A DNA stretch of 61,409 bases, filler included, from an uncultured Thermoplasmatales archaeon (lineage in GTDB: Archaea > Thermoplasmatota > E2 > DHVEG-1), in assembly GCA_964517155.1 (NCBI GenBank). It is 4 parts of 4 records of this genome, joined end to end, with 100 filler letters (N's around TTAATTAATTAA, not from the genome) between each part and the next. Parts side by side here need not be neighbours in the genome. Positions count along the whole stretch, not along the records: positions 31,849 to 48,574 come from CAZFAZ010000078.1; positions 48,675 to 57,713 come from CAZFAZ010000080.1; 2 more parts are not named here. The stretch is one strand, 5' to 3'. The position numbers and the translations under genes are program-made. Positions within the stretch are counted from its first letter, which is position 1, and every line of letters starts with the position of its first letter. Below the pieces are notes generated by a model. It was given only the letters and a program-made list of their open reading frames with translations, did not search any database and was not told the origin of the DNA. Of the stretch, positions 40,964 to 51,600 are shown one piece after another.

Positions 40964-41728
40964 TTATCCTATATATTTTAGTTCTTCGCCTTTTTCTTTG
41001 GACATTCCTTCAATTTCTTTTAGTTGATGAGCTATATGTTCTATTTCTTTTGCTTTTTTCTCAAGTGCAGAAAGACTTACTTTTATATTCGTAGCTTTCA
41101 TAAGAATATTTAAAACGGCTTTTGCACTTTTAGGATCTACTAAGTATCCGGGTGTTTCTCCCATAAGGCAAGCACCTTGCAAACCACGTAATTTACCAAG
41201 TCCTAGCAAAAGACCACTTGCTCCTACTATTCCCCCGCCTGGCTCATTTTTCTTAAAAATAGCGCCATATTTCTTCATTGTTTTAATTAAAGATTTATCA
41301 GTTGTGGCGCATAATACTTTAGGTTCATCTATTTCATATCCAAGTCCATAACCACCAAGAGTATACATTTCTTTAACGCCTAGGTCTTCTATTATATCTA
41401 GTATTTTTTCTACAAGTTCATATTGACCTTGCGAGGATAAACCTTGATAATCTCCTGTGAGTAGTATTAAATCACGCTGCTCTTTCTTTTTTGCTTTCCA
41501 GTAAAAAAACTCATTGTTTACAAGTTTAACTGTACCATCAGGGTTTATAAAAACTTGTGGTGGAAAATCTTTACTATACAACTCTGCAAATTTTTTTGCA
41601 TTAATTGTTTCAATTATATGTTCTGCGGCTAGTTTTCCAACATTTCCAATGCCGGGTAATCCTTCTATGAGAATTGGATTGTTTAACTTGGGTTTTTTTC
41701 CTATAAACCTAACATTTACATATTCCAT
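40964..41728 (-). CDS. Proteasome assembly chaperone PAC2 family protein
   Basis: IEGLPGIGNVGKLA, GGGIVGASGLL and CLMGETPGYLVDP. Confidence 0.9.
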   Translation of the reverse strand: MEYVNVRFIGKKPKLNNPILIEGLPGIGNVGKLAAEHIIETINAKKFAELYSKDFPPQVFINPDGTVKLVNNEFFYWKAKKKEQRDLILLTGDYQGLSSQGQYELVEKILDIIEDLGVKEMYTLGGYGLGYEIDEPKVLCATTDKSLIKTMKKYGAIFKKNEPGGGIVGASGLLLGLGKLRGLQGACLMGETPGYLVDPKSAKAVLNILMKATNIKVSLSALEKKAKEIEHIAHQLKEIEGMSKEKGEELKYIG

Positions 41729-41733
41729 ATATA

Positions 41734-41895
41734 TCACTTTTTAATAGATTTTTTTAGTTTTCTTCTGTATTTACCATAATTATCCTGTGGTGAAAATCTT
41801 GGCGGATTTTTTGTTACAGATTTATTACCGCATCTATGACAGTTCTCATCTAAGGTATAGTCATTACAGGCTTTACAATAAAATATTCTGCTCAT
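41734..41895 (-). CDS. nop10: H/ACA RNP protein Nop10 (not in ORF track)
   Basis: MSRIFYCKACNDYTLDENCHRCG...PPRFSPQDNYGKYRR, 53 aa, in the conserved position after eIF2a. Confidence 0.93.
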   Translation of the reverse strand: MSRIFYCKACNDYTLDENCHRCGNKSVTKNPPRFSPQDNYGKYRRKLKKSIKK

Positions 41896-42684
41896 TTAAT
41901 CATCAAGTTTACGACGAAACTCACATTCACCTTTATATTGTTTAATATAATCTTGTATACTATCTACTGCTTTTTTAAGTTGCTCTTCTGCGATTTTATA
42001 ATCTGGTGCTTTAACAGTTACAATGTACTGAGGGGCACCTATATATTTAACCTTAATTTCAACATCTTCATATTCACTTTTTTCAGCTTCAGACAAAGCG
42101 TTACGAATATGTTTTATTCCATCTGGAGTCCAACAAGTAAGAATAATGTATCCTTTAATATCAACAAAAGGAATTGTTATATTTGATTTTGCAACTTCTT
42201 CAAAACTTTTTAGCCAGTCGCCCTTAAAACCTTCTTTTTCAAATGATTCGATATCATATGCTGCTTCTTCAAAAGCTGTATACAATGCACCATATCTTTT
42301 TATAAGGTCTTTTCCAAAATCGTTATAACATTGGTCAACTGTTTTACCAATTTGTTTTGCAACCATTTCTAAAAGTTTTCTTGATTTTTGACTGTTCTTC
42401 CATTCTTGAATTTTATCTCTTTTTTGATGTTCATTTACTCTTTTTAAAGAAAGATCTATATGTTGTTTATGTTCATCAACATTAAGAACTTTGCAGACAA
42501 CTTTTTGTTTTTCTTTTATATGGTTGCGTATACGTTTAACCCATCCAGTTGCAATTTCTGCAATATGAATAAAACCTTCTTTACCAGGATATTCGTCAAG
42601 AGTTACAAAAGCGCCAAAGTTTTGAACCTTTACAGCGGTACCAACAACAAGTTCGCCTTCATCAGGGTACTCTTTTTTAATCAT
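41896..42684 (-). CDS. eif2a: Translation initiation factor 2 subunit alpha
   Basis: YPDEGELVV, S1 domain, HIDLSLKRV and YIGAPQY. Confidence 0.95.
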   Translation of the reverse strand: MIKKEYPDEGELVVGTAVKVQNFGAFVTLDEYPGKEGFIHIAEIATGWVKRIRNHIKEKQKVVCKVLNVDEHKQHIDLSLKRVNEHQKRDKIQEWKNSQKSRKLLEMVAKQIGKTVDQCYNDFGKDLIKRYGALYTAFEEAAYDIESFEKEGFKGDWLKSFEEVAKSNITIPFVDIKGYIILTCWTPDGIKHIRNALSEAEKSEYEDVEIKVKYIGAPQYIVTVKAPDYKIAEEQLKKAVDSIQDYIKQYKGECEFRRKLDD

Positions 42685-42693
42685 AGTATACCC

Positions 42694-42870
42694 TTATTCT
42701 ACAACCTCTAAAATTTCGCCTTTTATCTTTGCTTTTCCACCATTGGGCAATGCAAGTCTAGCACCACAGATATGACAAGAGACAGGTGTACTTGCCTTGT
42801 CGAATAAAACCTGCTCATTTTCGCAGTCTTTACAGCGAACTTTTATAAATTTACTATTAGGTTTTTGCAT
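42694..42870 (-). CDS. rps27e: 30S ribosomal protein S27e (not in ORF track)
   Basis: MQKPNSKFIKVRCKDCENEQVLFDKAST.VSCHICG...GGKAKI, 58 aa. Confidence 0.95.
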   Translation of the reverse strand: MQKPNSKFIKVRCKDCENEQVLFDKASTPVSCHICGARLALPNGGKAKIKGEILEVVE

Positions 42871-42872
42871 AA

Positions 42873-43151
42873 TTATTCACTAACCTCTACTTTTTTAGCC
42901 CTTAGACTTGGGGGCTGAATACTTTTTTTACATTCAGCGCAAGTATACTTAAGATTTGCTCTGCGTGTAGTTTTTTCGCGTCCTTCTGGTTTTGGTCTTG
43001 GAAAACCACGATATCCGCTGGTAACACGACGGAACCGGCGTTGACCTTGTTTAAGCTCACTTGCTTTTCTTTTTTTAATTCTATGAACCTCATGTGCTGT
43101 ATGTTTTTTGCATGAAGTGCAGTATCTTTTGATTTTACGTGGTCTTAACAT
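42873..43151 (-). CDS. rpl44e: 50S ribosomal protein L44e
   Basis: [28 protein letters not shown] and CAECKK. Confidence 0.95.
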   Translation of the reverse strand: MLRPRKIKRYCTSCKKHTAHEVHRIKKRKASELKQGQRRFRRVTSGYRGFPRPKPEGREKTTRRANLKYTCAECKKSIQPPSLRAKKVEVSE

Positions 43152-43220
43152 AGATAAACTCCTTTAAATCAGACTATCAGAGTGAAAACGTAATAAGGAA
43201 GTAATATATAAAATATAATG

Positions 43221-43856
43221 TTACAAACCTAGTTTTTCAACAACTTTTCTTTTTGAAAGCATTTCTTGCATATCTTCAGGTAAAGAAACAATATCATTTT
43301 TCTTAATATTATAGCTTTTAGTATCTGTACCGACAAATGCAGGCATATCTTTTATAACACGTGCTATAGGATTTGTATTATCATTTTTTACAATAGGTGT
43401 GTCATCTTTTATTTCTTCTTTTTCAGTTTCTTTTAATTTTGGTTCTTCAAACTCGGGTTTTGTTTTATTTTCACTAACTGTTTTTTTATTTTCTAGTATC
43501 TCATCACGAAATCTATTTATCAGGTTGAGAATTGAAGAAAAAAAAGTTTTTTCAACTTCGGCCATATTCTTTATATCTGGACTTCCGCCACGAGCCTTTG
43601 AAATTGCGGTGAGTACAATTTTTTTTTCACGCTGCTCGTAAATGCTTGTAGCAATATTTTTTGTGTTTAAAATTTCTTCGTCTAATAATTTTTTTTTATG
43701 ATCTGTTTCCTCAGAATTAAGACGGTTTTTTAAATCCAATATATATTTTTGCAAATCGTTGTAAAAATCATCATCTAAATTAGTTAAAACAGGAGAGTTT
43801 TTCTCCATTTGCTGAATTTTTCTCAGAAATCTATAATTGATTTCTTCATTTGTCAT
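43221..43856 (-). CDS. GINS complex subunit (Gins51/Gins15)
   Basis: IYEQREKKIV and C-terminal B-domain DMPAFVGTD..Y...DIVSLP; located between priS and rpl44e. Confidence 0.85.
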   Translation of the reverse strand: MTNEEINYRFLRKIQQMEKNSPVLTNLDDDFYNDLQKYILDLKNRLNSEETDHKKKLLDEEILNTKNIATSIYEQREKKIVLTAISKARGGSPDIKNMAEVEKTFFSSILNLINRFRDEILENKKTVSENKTKPEFEEPKLKETEKEEIKDDTPIVKNDNTNPIARVIKDMPAFVGTDTKSYNIKKNDIVSLPEDMQEMLSKRKVVEKLGL

Positions 43857-43895
43857 AAAATTTACTTCCCCGCAAAACCAAAATGAGTAACTACG

Positions 43896-45101
43896 TTAAA
43901 TAATATTTCCAATGCCTCTGCCAATTAAAAAAACTGCAAGATGCGTAGGAATATTTCGAATACCTGGTTTTAAATCAAACATTTCATCTTTCATTTTTAT
44001 ACTAAACTCTTTTTCAATTTCAAACTCGACTTTTTCTTCAGATAAAACAACAGTATCATTTAAAGGATTAAAATCTAAAAGTCTGTCAAGTTTTATTTTT
44101 TCTACTTTTAAACCTGTTTTACCATGAAGTGAACCTGGGAGGCGGATAAGTCGTTTAATGTCACAGGTGACGGGTTCATCTGTTTCGCCTGCGCTCATTG
44201 AAACCGCGGTTTTTCTAAGAGCGTTATTTAAAAAAAACTTGCGAATGGTTTTAGATTGATCAAGGCGGCCTTCTTTAATTCTTTGAACACGCTCATCAGA
44301 TAAATCATTTATCAAATGCTGAGCATCAGTTTTTTTTACACCATATTCTTCTAATTTCTGCATAGGATCATCACTTTTTTTAATTTCTTGGACAAGTTCA
44401 ATAATCCCGCGGCTAATGCGGCCTTTCCAACCAGGTTCATCTGGTTTTGGCATTTTTAAAGTTTTACTACTTGGAATATTTCTTCCTCTAATCTGAATTG
44501 TACTTGTTATCTGTTCATGAAAAACAATTGAATCATGAATATCTCTACCTGTGATATAATCTACAATTTCTCTTCTTTCACTGCTATCAAGAAATAAAAC
44601 CACTGGGTCTTTTACATGACAATGATAACCACGTCCACCACTGAAATAAAGATCGATATATTTTTCCTTAAAACCAAAATCTTTTATTAAAAAATCAAAA
44701 ACAAGTTTGTAAAACTCTTTTTTAACAAGGTCTAACTGCTCAGGGTAGCTAAGTTTATCAGCATTAGGAAGATGATCTGAGTCTAGATCAAAAATAAGCT
44801 CTGCACCCATCCAGTCTTTCTCCTGCATAGTAGGTGCCCCAGGTGTTTTATAATAAGCTGAAGAATAATACGCATGAAAAGGCACATTTTTATTTATAAA
44901 ACTAGTAAGTTGATCTTTTTTATCAAAACCGATATGGCGCATCATTCCTTTTCCGCCGAAAAAAACAAAAGCGTATTCGCGTCTGCCAAAACGATCGGGA
45001 AGAACAATTTTATTGGATTTATAATACCTGCTAAAACTGTTTTTAACAAACTGTGCAGATTTTGCGGAAATTGAAAATTTATTCATTTTTTTACAAAACA
45101 T
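43896..45101 (-). CDS. priS: DNA primase small (catalytic) subunit
   Basis: ELIFDLDSD, FSGGRGYH and DEPVTCDIKRLIRLPGSLHGKTG. Confidence 0.95.
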   Translation of the reverse strand: MFCKKMNKFSISAKSAQFVKNSFSRYYKSNKIVLPDRFGRREYAFVFFGGKGMMRHIGFDKKDQLTSFINKNVPFHAYYSSAYYKTPGAPTMQEKDWMGAELIFDLDSDHLPNADKLSYPEQLDLVKKEFYKLVFDFLIKDFGFKEKYIDLYFSGGRGYHCHVKDPVVLFLDSSERREIVDYITGRDIHDSIVFHEQITSTIQIRGRNIPSSKTLKMPKPDEPGWKGRISRGIIELVQEIKKSDDPMQKLEEYGVKKTDAQHLINDLSDERVQRIKEGRLDQSKTIRKFFLNNALRKTAVSMSAGETDEPVTCDIKRLIRLPGSLHGKTGLKVEKIKLDRLLDFNPLNDTVVLSEEKVEFEIEKEFSIKMKDEMFDLKPGIRNIPTHLAVFLIGRGIGNII

Positions 45102-45204
45102 AAATAGATTTACATACTTTAACTTTTTATCAAAATTAATCTTTGAAATACTATAAATATCTAAGATAAAGATTTATCAAACACAAAATAATACAGGTAA
45201 TACA

Positions 45205-46383
45205 ATGAGCAGCATAATAGAAGACGAATTAATGTCATCAACTATTATAAAAAATCCAGGTGCATTAGATTTTGACTTTGTTCCAGATGAACTTATTCAT
45301 AGAGATGAGCAGCAAAAAATGCTTGCTCAGATGTTTAAACCACTGCTTTCAAATGTTTCACAAAATGCAATTATAAAAGGTTCAGTTGGAACAGGTAAGA
45401 CAGTAATTGCAAAAAAATTCTGCAATACCCTTGTAAACATCGCAAGAAAACAAGGAAAAACAATAGAATATGTACATATAAATTGTAGAAAACGAGCAAC
45501 CGATTCAATGGCATTACTTGGCGTGCTTAATCATTTTGATCCTAGATTTCCTGATAGAGGTTTTTCACTGCAAGAAATGTTGCAGGTACTTAAAAAACAG
45601 TTGATAAAAAGAAATGCACAGCTGCTTTTAGTTCTTGATGAAGCAGATGCGCTTCTGAAAAAAAGTGGTTCAAACTTGGTATATGATTTAACGCGTTTCT
45701 CAGATGAAAAATCAGCAGAAAAAACACCAGTATCCCTCATTTTAATATCACAAAAAGATATTTTGCCATTTTTTGATTCTGCATCTATTAGTACATTTAA
45801 AAGAAATAACATAATTAAATTAGATAAATACTCAAGAGATGAACTGTATGATATAATTATGCAGAGGGTAAATTTAGCATTTCATAATGCAACAGTAAAT
45901 CCTGAATCAATTGAACTTTTAGCAGATATCTCTTCAGAATGGGGTGATGCACGTTTTGCAATAGAGCTTTTGTGGAAAGCAGGTATTGCTGCAGATAATC
46001 AACATGTGCAAAGTGTTACACCTGAGCATGTTAGAGCTGCAAAAGCAGAGACTTATTCAATTGTTACTCAAACTAAGCTTAAAAACCTTGAAAAACATCA
46101 GCTTTTAACGCTTTATGCTGTTGCAAAAAGACTCAAAAAAGATGAAACAGCATATGTAAACACTGGTGATGCAGAAAAAACATATATGATAACCTGCGAG
46201 GAATACAACGAAAAACCAAGAACTCATACAATGTTTTGGAATTATCTTAAAGATATAGAGGGTGCAGGATTTATTAATATAAAACCTTCAGGTAAAGGAC
46301 ATTTGGGCACAACACAGTTTATTTCTCTTCCAGATATACCTGCAGAAATAATGATTGATAAAGTACAAGAATTATTAAAGTAA
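45205..46383 (+). CDS. cdc6: Orc1/Cdc6 family replication initiation protein
   Basis: PDELIHRD, GSVGTGKT, HINC, VLDEAD, GDARFAIELL and a C-terminal winged helix. Confidence 0.92.
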   Translation: MSSIIEDELMSSTIIKNPGALDFDFVPDELIHRDEQQKMLAQMFKPLLSNVSQNAIIKGSVGTGKTVIAKKFCNTLVNIARKQGKTIEYVHINCRKRATDSMALLGVLNHFDPRFPDRGFSLQEMLQVLKKQLIKRNAQLLLVLDEADALLKKSGSNLVYDLTRFSDEKSAEKTPVSLILISQKDILPFFDSASISTFKRNNIIKLDKYSRDELYDIIMQRVNLAFHNATVNPESIELLADISSEWGDARFAIELLWKAGIAADNQHVQSVTPEHVRAAKAETYSIVTQTKLKNLEKHQLLTLYAVAKRLKKDETAYVNTGDAEKTYMITCEEYNEKPRTHTMFWNYLKDIEGAGFINIKPSGKGHLGTTQFISLPDIPAEIMIDKVQELLK

Positions 46384-47073
46384 ATTTTTATAAATATTAC
46401 AATTTTTGTTTAAAGGACAACTTTTGCAACTCGGCTTTTTTTTACAATAAACTTTTGCAAATTTTACAATTAATGCATGAAATTCATTATAGATATTTAT
46501 TAATTCTTTATCTTTAAAGTTTTTACTGAGATCTTTTTCAAAAAAAATCTGTATATCATCATAAAAAATTTTTGTTTTGAGAGGTATTCTTTCACATAAT
46601 CTTTTAGTATATGCATCAACTACAAAAACAGGTTTGTCTCCTGCGTATAAAAGTATCGAGTCAGCAGTTTCCGGTCCGATTCCATTTAATGATAAAAGCT
46701 CGTTTCTGATAATTCCTGTTTTTCTGTCAAAAAACTTATCTAAGTTTGAGTTAAAATTGTTTTTTAGATGACTAGAAATAATTTTTAAACGCTTTGCTTT
46801 TTGATTAAAAAAACCAGAGGGTTTGATGATTTCGGTTAGGATATTAAAATCAGTATTTAGTATATCACTTATATTTAACATATTGTTGTGTTTAAGATTT
46901 GTAATTGCTTTTTCAACATTAGACCAGGCTGTGTTTTGTGTAAGAATAGCACCTATAATGATTTCAAAACGTGGATCTGTTTTGTTTTTTTTATGATATT
47001 GTTTATCTACAGGCCACCAGTTTTGTTTTCCAAATTTTTTGTATAATATTTTGTAGATATTTGTTGGTGTCAT
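46375..47073 (-). CDS. Endonuclease III-related HhH-GPD glycosylase with FeS motif
   Basis: GAILTQNTAW, LNGIGPETADSI, VVDAY and CKKKPSCKSCPLNKNC. Confidence 0.88.
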   Translation of the reverse strand: MTPTNIYKILYKKFGKQNWWPVDKQYHKKNKTDPRFEIIIGAILTQNTAWSNVEKAITNLKHNNMLNISDILNTDFNILTEIIKPSGFFNQKAKRLKIISSHLKNNFNSNLDKFFDRKTGIIRNELLSLNGIGPETADSILLYAGDKPVFVVDAYTKRLCERIPLKTKIFYDDIQIFFEKDLSKNFKDKELINIYNEFHALIVKFAKVYCKKKPSCKSCPLNKNCNIYKNLL

Positions 47074-47339
47074 GTTTCTTTTTCCAAACTCTTTTTCAAA
47101 AAGGTAAAGTAAAACTAAATAAGAAATCTTTTGATTTTTTTCTTTTGATTTTTTTTTCAAACACTTCTTTACAATTTTTCCTAATAATTTAGAATATTAT
47201 TTTAACAGAGAAAGTATTAAGGGTATTTGATAAATATGATTCAAAATAACAACCATTTGCGTTCGCTTGAGGAGTATAGAGTTTTGGAAGCAAATCTGCA
47301 TAGAGAGCTTGTTGGCTGCTGTAGAAAATATCTAAATAA

Positions 47340-48574
47340 AGTACAGAATGCTTCTTTAATAATACAGCACCGTATATTCCAAGTAACCCCAATCCCACTG
47401 ATGGCCAAACTTACTCTACAGGTAATAGGCCATCTTCATTGAGTTGGACTGGAGGAGATCCTGATAATCATACTGTAAATTATACCATTTATTACAAAGC
47501 AGGTAGCAGTACATTTACAGTGTCTGACATATTAGGTTATGCTGAAAATACAACTAGTTATAGTATTACACCTTCACCTTCTTGGAGTACAACTTATTAT
47601 TGGCAAATTGTTGCAACCGATGAGCATGATGCATTTTCTATGGGTCCTATATGGCAGTTTACCACAGGTGCAAAAAGCAGTAGTGGTACTGGAGTGTATA
47701 TTCCCCCGACCTTAACCTTAACCGCTAATGCCGGAGGGCCATACACCGGACAAACAGGTACTCCTGTAAACTTTACCGGTTCTGCAACATACGGCTCTTC
47801 ACCTTATACTTACTCCTGGGATTTCGGAGATGACTCTACTGGTACAGGAGCTACACCAACGCATACTTATACAACAGCTGGGACTTATACAGTAACACTT
47901 ACTGTTACTGATAACGCAGTGGCTACTGATGATGATACCGCGACTGTTACTATATCTGAATCACCAACACCTACTTATCCACCAGTTGCCGATGCAGGTG
48001 GATTATATGAAGGTTTAACATTTGAAGATATCACATTTGATGGTTCAGACAGTTATGACTCTGATGGAAGTATTGTAAACTACACCTGGGATTTTGGCAA
48101 CGAAACTATTCTTTATGGTCAATTAGTGACGCATAGTTATAATATATCAGGATTGTTTAACATAACTTTAACAGTTACAGATGATGACGGTCTTACAAAT
48201 TCAAATACTACAACTATAACTATAACACTTGATACAGATGGTGACGGTCTTTCTGATAATGTAGAAGAAAGGCTTGGCTCAGATCCAACAAATAACTCAG
48301 ATGTTACAAAAATTAGTATAGAAAATGAGTCGTATTTTGTTGTTGATACAACAGGTGACAGTGAAGCAGATACTTTATATAATCCAGAAACTGATACAGA
48401 TAACTCTATAAAAATAATGCAAATAGGTGGCAAAAGATATTATATACTTGATACAGACAACGACGGCATATATGATACTTTTTATAATCCTGAAAAAGAT
48501 GAATATACCACACTTGAACAAGATGAAAACGGTAGATACAAAGTAGATATAGATAAAGACGGAAAAACAGATTA
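47340..48574 (+). CDS. PKD-domain surface protein fragment (lacks a normal 5' end; 3' truncated at contig end)
   Basis: Two PKD domains (ANAGGPY...WDFGD...YTVTLTVTD) and DxDxDG Ca-binding-like motifs. Frame open only from 47340, with no signal peptide. Confidence 0.7.
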
Positions 48575-48674
48575 NNNNNNNNNNNNNNNNNNNNNNNNNN
48601 NNNNNNNNNNNNNNNNNNTTAATTAATTAANNNNNNNNNNNNNNNNNNNNNNNNNNNNNNNNNNNNNNNNNNNN
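48575..48674. other. Artificial contig linker
   Basis: N-run + TTAATTAATTAA + N-run. Confidence 0.97.
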
Positions 48675-51600
48675 TTGTATTTTACAGCAAGTCCTTGCTC
48701 TTTACATATCTTGTTTACCTCTTTTTTTAGTTCTATTACTCTCATTTCTCTACCGATAGTTGCATCTTTGTATTTCTGAAGCTCCTCGAGATGCTCTTTT
48801 ACTTTTAGACTTGCTTTTTTACCTTCAGTAATATCAATTACAGATGCAAGAGCTGCTATTGTTCCTTTGTATTTTATAAAAGTTGTATATAATCTAACCC
48901 ACATCTCTTTTTTTCCGGGTGGATAAATTCTTACCTCTACAGATGGATCTATATTTTCTCCTGCAAGCCTTTTTCTCGTTCTTTCTTTTATTAGAGCTGC
49001 ATCATCAGGATGAATGTAATCAAAAAGATTTGTTTTTTCAATTTCTTCTTCTTTTATATTAAGGATTTTTCTTATCAGTGGATTTGCATAAAATAGTTTG
49101 TTTTTCACAGGGTCATGTATATATACTCCTGATGAGGATTGTTCTATTAGTGTTCTGAAGAGTTTTTCACTTTCTTTTAATTTGTTTGTTAGTTCTTTTT
49201 GTTTTGTAAGATCACTTATTATTCCTGCTATAAGCATGGTTTTTCCATTATCATCTGGTATCGGTGATGCATTTATTTGTACAGGAATTAATGTTCCATC
49301 TTTCTTTTTGTGTGTCTCCTCTATAAGTATATGTTCTCCTTTTTTAAGACGCTCTAGAGAATCTTTCACAATTGTTGTAATATTCTCTTTTATATGAAAA
49401 ATATCATGAGGTTTTCCAACAATTTCTTCTTTTTTGTATCCATGCATTTCTGCAAATGCATCGTTTACATAAATGGTTGTGCCATCTAGTTCAAATAAAA
49501 TCACTCCATATTTTGCTCTATCAGATATTGTCTTGAATTTTCTGATTTCTTCGCTATGTTTTCTCTCTATAGTAATGTCTCTTAGTATTACTTGAACCCC
49601 TGCTTTTTCACCTTCTTTTTTCATTATGGTGTATCTACATTCTCCCCATCGCATCTCTCCGTTTTTATGCTTCCATCTAAAAACAAAAGGTTCTTTTTCC
49701 CTTCCAAGTAAGATGTCTTTGTAAATCTTCATATATTTTGGGAATTCTTTGAGGCTTATTGTTGGAAGTTTTGATACATGTTTACCAACAATTTCTTCTT
49801 TGTTATAACCTGTTATATCTAAAAATGATTTATTCACCGAAGTTACTATACCCTTCAAATCAGATGCTGCTATTCCATCTGGGGAAATCTCAATCATGTT
49901 TCTGTGTTTTTCTTCGCTTTCTTTTAATTCTTCTTCTCCAATAAGTCTCTGTATTACAACAGAGCATTGATATCCAAAAGCTTTTAAGAATGAAGAGCGG
50001 ATCTCTTTTCCTTCTTTTTTTGTAAAAATCATTAGAACTCCAAAAAGTTTTTTATCATGATATAGAGGTACTACAAACATATCTTTGATTTTTAGTACAC
50101 TCTCAACTGTTTTGCAGACTGGCTTTGGCAAAGTACCAAATAATGCCTCATACAATCCTTCCTTTAACTCTAATATAGCCCCCTTCTTTACTTCTTCATG
50201 GATTTCTTTAGGGACTTTTACTTTGATTTTTGAAATCTCTCGGCCGAGTATCTTCGCTATTTTTCCGGATTCTTCGACGCCATATATTGCTCTATTAAAA
50301 AATACGTTTTCTTTTTTATCATATAAATTAACTGCAACAATAGATGGGCCACAATATTCATACAACTCTTTTCCAATATCATTACAAATCTCATCAACAT
50401 TTTTGCTTTTACTAATCCTGATCAGAGATCTTGATAAAAACTGGTTTTCTTCCAATGTTTCTTCTTTTTTCTTTTCAGCTTCTTTCTGACTAGTTATTTC
50501 AACAAAAGAAGTTACAATTTTATCGATTTCCCGCTTCTCATCTAGAATAGGTCTTGCACTATGTAAAAACCATCTGGTACTTTCTTTTTCTGACATTTTA
50601 AGCCCAATGATTATGCCTTCAGAAGGTTTTTTTGTTTCTGCGACAATTGATAAAGGAAAATCTTTTGGCTCCATCTCAGTTTCATCTGGTTTTATTAGTT
50701 TTCCTTTCCAAAATGATAAATCCTTTTTCTTTAGTTCTTCTTCAGGTAACCCAAATATTTTTTCAGCAGTCTTGTTTACTGCAAAAACACTACCATCTGA
50801 GTTATGGATATCTATTCCAACAAGTGCATTATTAAATAACTCACGATATTTCTCTTCACTTTTTCTTATTTCGTCTTCAGCCTTCTTTTTTTCTGTAATA
50901 TCCCTACTTAATTCTACAAGATTACTGATTTTCCCCGTTTTATCAAATATTGGATAACCACGTATCTGCCAGTATCTCCCATCCGGTGTTTGTTTTTCAA
51001 TTTCTTCAGGCTTACCTGTTTTATATGATTTTAAAACCGGGCAATCATTGCATGGTTTATTTGATTGATTCCAGAATTCATAACAATGTTTCCCAATCAT
51101 ATCCTCAGGTTTTTTTCCAACACTATCAGCTGATGATTTATTTACCCATAAAATTTCCAAATCAGTATTATAATAAGAAAAAAGTTCCTTAGTTGAATTT
51201 AATATTATAGATTTCTGTTTCTCGGATTTTTCTAGTTCTTCTTCCACCTCTTTTCTTTTTGTTATATCTCTTGAAATACATAGTATTCCTTCAGGAACTG
51301 GAGTCACATTTACTTCGTAATAACATTTACGCCCATCTTCAAATTCATACACATTTAAAACAGAGTCAAATTCTCTTGTTTTCATTACTTTTTCAAATGT
51401 TTTGAAAAACGGTGTTTCTTCTACACCCGGGAATACATCCTGCAGTCTTTTTCCTATTAGTTCTTCTTTTGTTTTACCTGTAAATTTTGTAGCAGATTCA
51501 TTTACTAAAATATGCTTAAAATCGTAATCAAGGACATAAATACTATCTTTACTAGCTTCAAGTAATACCCTGTGTCTTTCTTCACTTTCTTTTAATTTAA

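Noticed and set aside
45102..45204. Replication origin upstream of cdc6
   Set aside because: The region is only about 100 bp and has no ORB or mini-ORB repeats.
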